NCBI GenBank assembly: GCA_033442325.1 | Contig: JAWQFM010000002.1 | Location: 1,318,664 to 1,349,886, forward strand | Source: Salpingoeca rosetta | Taxonomy: Eukaryota; Protista; Choanoflagellata | Direction of reading: 5' to 3' | DNA: 31,223 nucleotides | Shown: in pieces, positions 27,859 to 31,223 of the stretch | Layout of the letters: each line of letters begins with the position of its first letter | How positions within the stretch are numbered: the first letter of the stretch is position 1 | Notes under the pieces: model-generated | What the model was told of the DNA's origin: nothing | What the model saw: only the letters and a program-made list of their open reading frames with translations | Databases searched by the model: none | Translations under genes and position numbers: made by a program

Positions 27859-28253
27859 AAGCTATGGAGGCGTAGGGATTAAGGAAGGGAGAAGCAAGCG
27901 AGCGATCAACAACTTGCAAACCTCGGTGAAATGCACGCGGTTGAGGCGGATACAATCACCTTTGCGTTTGTGGTCCTCTGCCGTTGCTCATGTACACACC
28001 TCGTCTCCTCCTTCTGCTTGTCTGGCACGCGTGGCCCTGTGTATGGTGTTGCAGACTGGGCAGAGCAAGTTGCACAGCGGCTGCCGTCGCTGAAGAAGCT
28101 CGATGGTGTGTTGCTGCATGGTTGTATGATTGCGTGTTGGCTTTGCGTTGCTGAATGGTTGCATGTTGGTTGCGTGGTTGGTTTATGTTTGCGTGGTTTC
28201 TGTCCGTGTTCGTCACTGGATGGTCGTATCACCTCACGTCGTGAGTATTCATG

Positions 28254-28312
<59 letters not shown>

Positions 28313-28366
28313 ATGGGGGTGGTATTGTCAATGCGTGCAGGTGTACCTGTTGTTCGGGACGAGTGA
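26066..28366 (+). CDS. DNAL1: Dynein axonemal light chain 1 (outer-arm LC1, LRR protein), 185 aa
   Basis: Exons 26066-26068 (ATG only), 26260-26298, 26649-26758, 27036-27147, 27325-27414, 27689-27815, 28055-28105, 28341-28366 (558 nt): [108 protein letters not shown]. Confidence 0.96.
26372..26525. repeat. (GT/GC)n alternating tract in DNAL1 intron 2
   Basis: Read directly. Confidence 0.92.
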
Positions 28367-28792
28367 TCGGCTGTGGGTGGTGTGCGCAACATGTTGCGCG
28401 CGTTTGGCGTTGTGAATGACCATGAAAGCGCGCGCGCGTGTGTGTGCACGTGTGTGTGGGTTCATCGTGTGTTGTGTTTGTTCAACACATGTGTTCGGGT
28501 GTGTTACGTGCCAATATCTGAGCGAGAGTGTTGTGGGTGGGCGGGGAGTGTGGCGGTGGTGCCTCTTTCAACATTACACGATAACAATCACACCAGGCAT
28601 TCAGCCATCTTGTTCATTTACACAAAAAGGGAAAAGCACAATGCTGGGTAAGAGCAACAAGACGCGACCACAGCAAGTTGCGATACCGTACAACAGCTTG
28701 CATCAAGGGCAAGGGCAGCAACACAGCGAGGGAAAGAGCACAGCCAGGGACACAATACAGCAAGCTGGTTCCCAATGAATCTTTGTCAGGTT

Positions 28793-28998
28793 TCAGTTGT
28801 CATCGTCATCGTCCTCGTCATCATCCTCTTCTTCAAGAAGTGCAAACGCTTGCACATCGGCCAGGGCAACCTGGAAGCGGAGAGATGCATGTTGTGCACA
28901 TGGCGTGAATTGGAGGCCAAACAAGAAGCAGAAACACGTGCTGACAAGCATATGCAAGCAACAAGCAAAGCAGATGCATGCAGAGGACAGACAGACAT

Positions 28999-29048
<50 letters not shown>

Positions 29049-29860
29049 GCGCGCGCACACACACACACACACATGTTTACGTACAGGTGGCAGGAGCTGC
29101 TGGTGCAGTGGGTGCTGTGCGTGTGCTGGAGTGCTCAAAGGAGCAGTGGGGGCCGATGACGACGGCGCTTGCGGCAGCGCTGGAGGTGGTGCCATGATTG
29201 GGTGAGATGCACCCTCGATGGTGGTGGCAACAGGCTGGTCCGTCGCCGACGCTGTTGTTGGTTCCTTGTGCGGGGAAGAAGATGCTGCTGTTGTTACCGA
29301 CGTCTTCCCATTCTCCCCATTCTGCTGCTGCTGCTGCTGTTGCTGTTGTTGCTCCTCCAGAGGCGGTGCTTGCTCCTGCAACGCCTGCTCAATGGTTTCG
29401 TTCAGACGCCCGCGGATGGCAGTGATGGTCTTCTCCTGCAACCAGCCCGTCTCCCGCTGCACACACACACATACACACATGCACACGCACGCGTTTGCAT
29501 GTGAGACATGAACACAGACACACAGAGACACATAAGCGTGTACGCCTTGGTGTCGGGTATGTGATCCAGGCAAAGGACAGCCGAAGGGCAGGCCGGTGAA
29601 CGCAAAGGCGACGCAGATGCAGTCGTGCAATACACGCACACAACACACATGGGCATGCACTCTACACACCATCCCTCTCCTCAAACACCTGCACGTGCTT
29701 GTTCTTACATCGCACTTGTCCTTGAGCTCTGCTTCGTGCAAGAGGCGCTGCATTGTCGGCTCGTGGATATCGCACAGCTGCCATCCAATCTGCCGCTGGT
29801 GCGGGATGACGCCGGGCGTGAAGCTGCAACCGGCGCAGCCGTGCACACGTGAGGGTGACA

Positions 29861-29933
<73 letters not shown>

Positions 29934-30208
29934 CGATGAGTGTACTTGTGTGCGTGTGTGTTTGTATGTGTGTGTGTGTTTGTATGTGTTCAAAGACAAC
30001 TGAAAGGCATGCGAGGAAGATACAGCAAATAAGCGCATCTGCCAACAGCATACATGTATGGCGTGTAGGTTGGCTGTGTTGAGCGAGGCGTCACGTTTCG
30101 CTTCGTATATGGAAACGCGCGCGAGAGATTTGTGCGTCCGAGCTGAAGCCGCTCATCCTGCCACCCGAATGCGAGTGATGTTGGTGATGATGATGATGGT
30201 GATGGTGG

Positions 30209-30245
<37 letters not shown>

Positions 30246-31081
30246 TTAGAGGTGATGAGGATGATTGAATCCCATGATGGTGGAAGTGGTGGGCGAGAGT
30301 CGTTCGTGGAGCGTGCAGGCTGATGATCAAGCACGGATTTCGGTGTGTGACGTTTGCTGTCTTGTGTGCAGCGCACCTTTGTTCCCTTTGACCATTCCAT
30401 CAGCTGGTAGATGTGTGCCTCGGAGTGCTTTCTCGGGTCATAGCCTGACGTGCGCAGCAAACAATCCACGCCACACACAATCACACGCACCAAGGCATTA
30501 CCGGAGCAGCTCACCGTGAACACGCGAGACAGACACATAGCGCATTCAGCAGTTGAAGAACGGAAGGAAGGAAAAGTCAACGCAAGCACTCAAGCAATTG
30601 ACACAAAAGCAACACCCTGGCATGATGAGCAAGTTGAAGCAGCTGTGCATGTGCGGTGGAGAAAGCAGCGAGCGGCATCACGCCTCGTCGCATGTGCTCA
30701 CCGTATTTGATGTTGAGCTGTCGCCAGGGGCCAGAGATCATGCGATAGGACAGCTGACGTAGTGGTCTGAAGGGGAGGGGAGCAGAGATGTGTGAGGGCG
30801 TGAAAGCGGTCATGTGCAAGGGAGATGGAGGAGGGGGGAGGAGGAGGAGGAGGAGGAGGGAGGAAGAGAGAAAGAAGAGAAGGAAGAAGAAGTAGGGAGA
30901 TAATGACAAAGGCAAGGCAGCATCGGCGGGGAAGACAAGCAAGCAGACGGGCAAGTCGCCAAGCATGTGACCGCGTACACCGGGAGTAGAACAAAACGTA
31001 CTGCTTGATGGCCCAGCTCTGTGATCTTCCAACGAGCTCATGCAATGCGTTGGTCGACCAGATGGGCCGCGACTCAAACAG
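28793..31081 (-). CDS. GTF3C5: RNA polymerase III transcription factor TFIIIC subunit 5 (tau95/Tfc1/Sfc1), 5'-truncated
   Basis: Exons (descending): 31081-31002, 30766-30702, 30444-30377, 30157-30054, 29823-29709, 29456-29085, 28870-28793. [71 protein letters not shown] match tau95 DNA-binding-domain blocks (RPIW, GPWR, GYDPR, QLCD, GW). Ends in the characteristic acidic tail [15 protein letters not shown]. Upstream exons lie beyond the window. Confidence 0.88.
30176..30243. repeat. (GAT/GGT)n trinucleotide repeat in a GTF3C5 intron
   Basis: Read directly. Confidence 0.9.
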
Positions 31082-31168
31082 CTGTAGGTACACACAAATC
31101 GGCGTTGATGCGTGTATGGGGGGGGGAGAGGCATAAGAAGGAGATGCACACTCGAAATTGACCGGGAC

Positions 31169-31170
<2 letters not shown>

Positions 31171-31223
<53 letters not shown>
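31171..31223. repeat. (CA)n microsatellite running off the window end
   Basis: Read directly; intronic to GTF3C5. Confidence 0.95.

Overview
Gene-dense, intron-rich eukaryotic DNA saturated with (CA)n/(GT)n microsatellites. The style and gene content suggest a unicellular holozoan, most likely the choanoflagellate Salpingoeca rosetta (inference). I spliced six protein-coding genes by hand, all with GT-AG introns (71 complete coding-region introns): the 3' part of a SMARCAD1/Fun30 SNF2 remodeler (+), Elongin A (-), URM1 (+, head-to-head with Elongin A), a ~2557-aa USP9X/USP24-family deubiquitinase (+, 33 coding exons), axonemal dynein light chain DNAL1 (+), and the 3' part of TFIIIC subunit GTF3C5/tau95 (-). 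I saw no RNA genes, mobile elements or CRISPR arrays. The most unusual signals concern splicing: a C-dominated +4 position at donors, CA/GT repeats in place of polypyrimidine tracts, complementary GT/CA blocks within introns, and many stop-free 3n introns. Also notable are two atypical active-site residues in the USP and a triple RFX half-site upstream of DNAL1.
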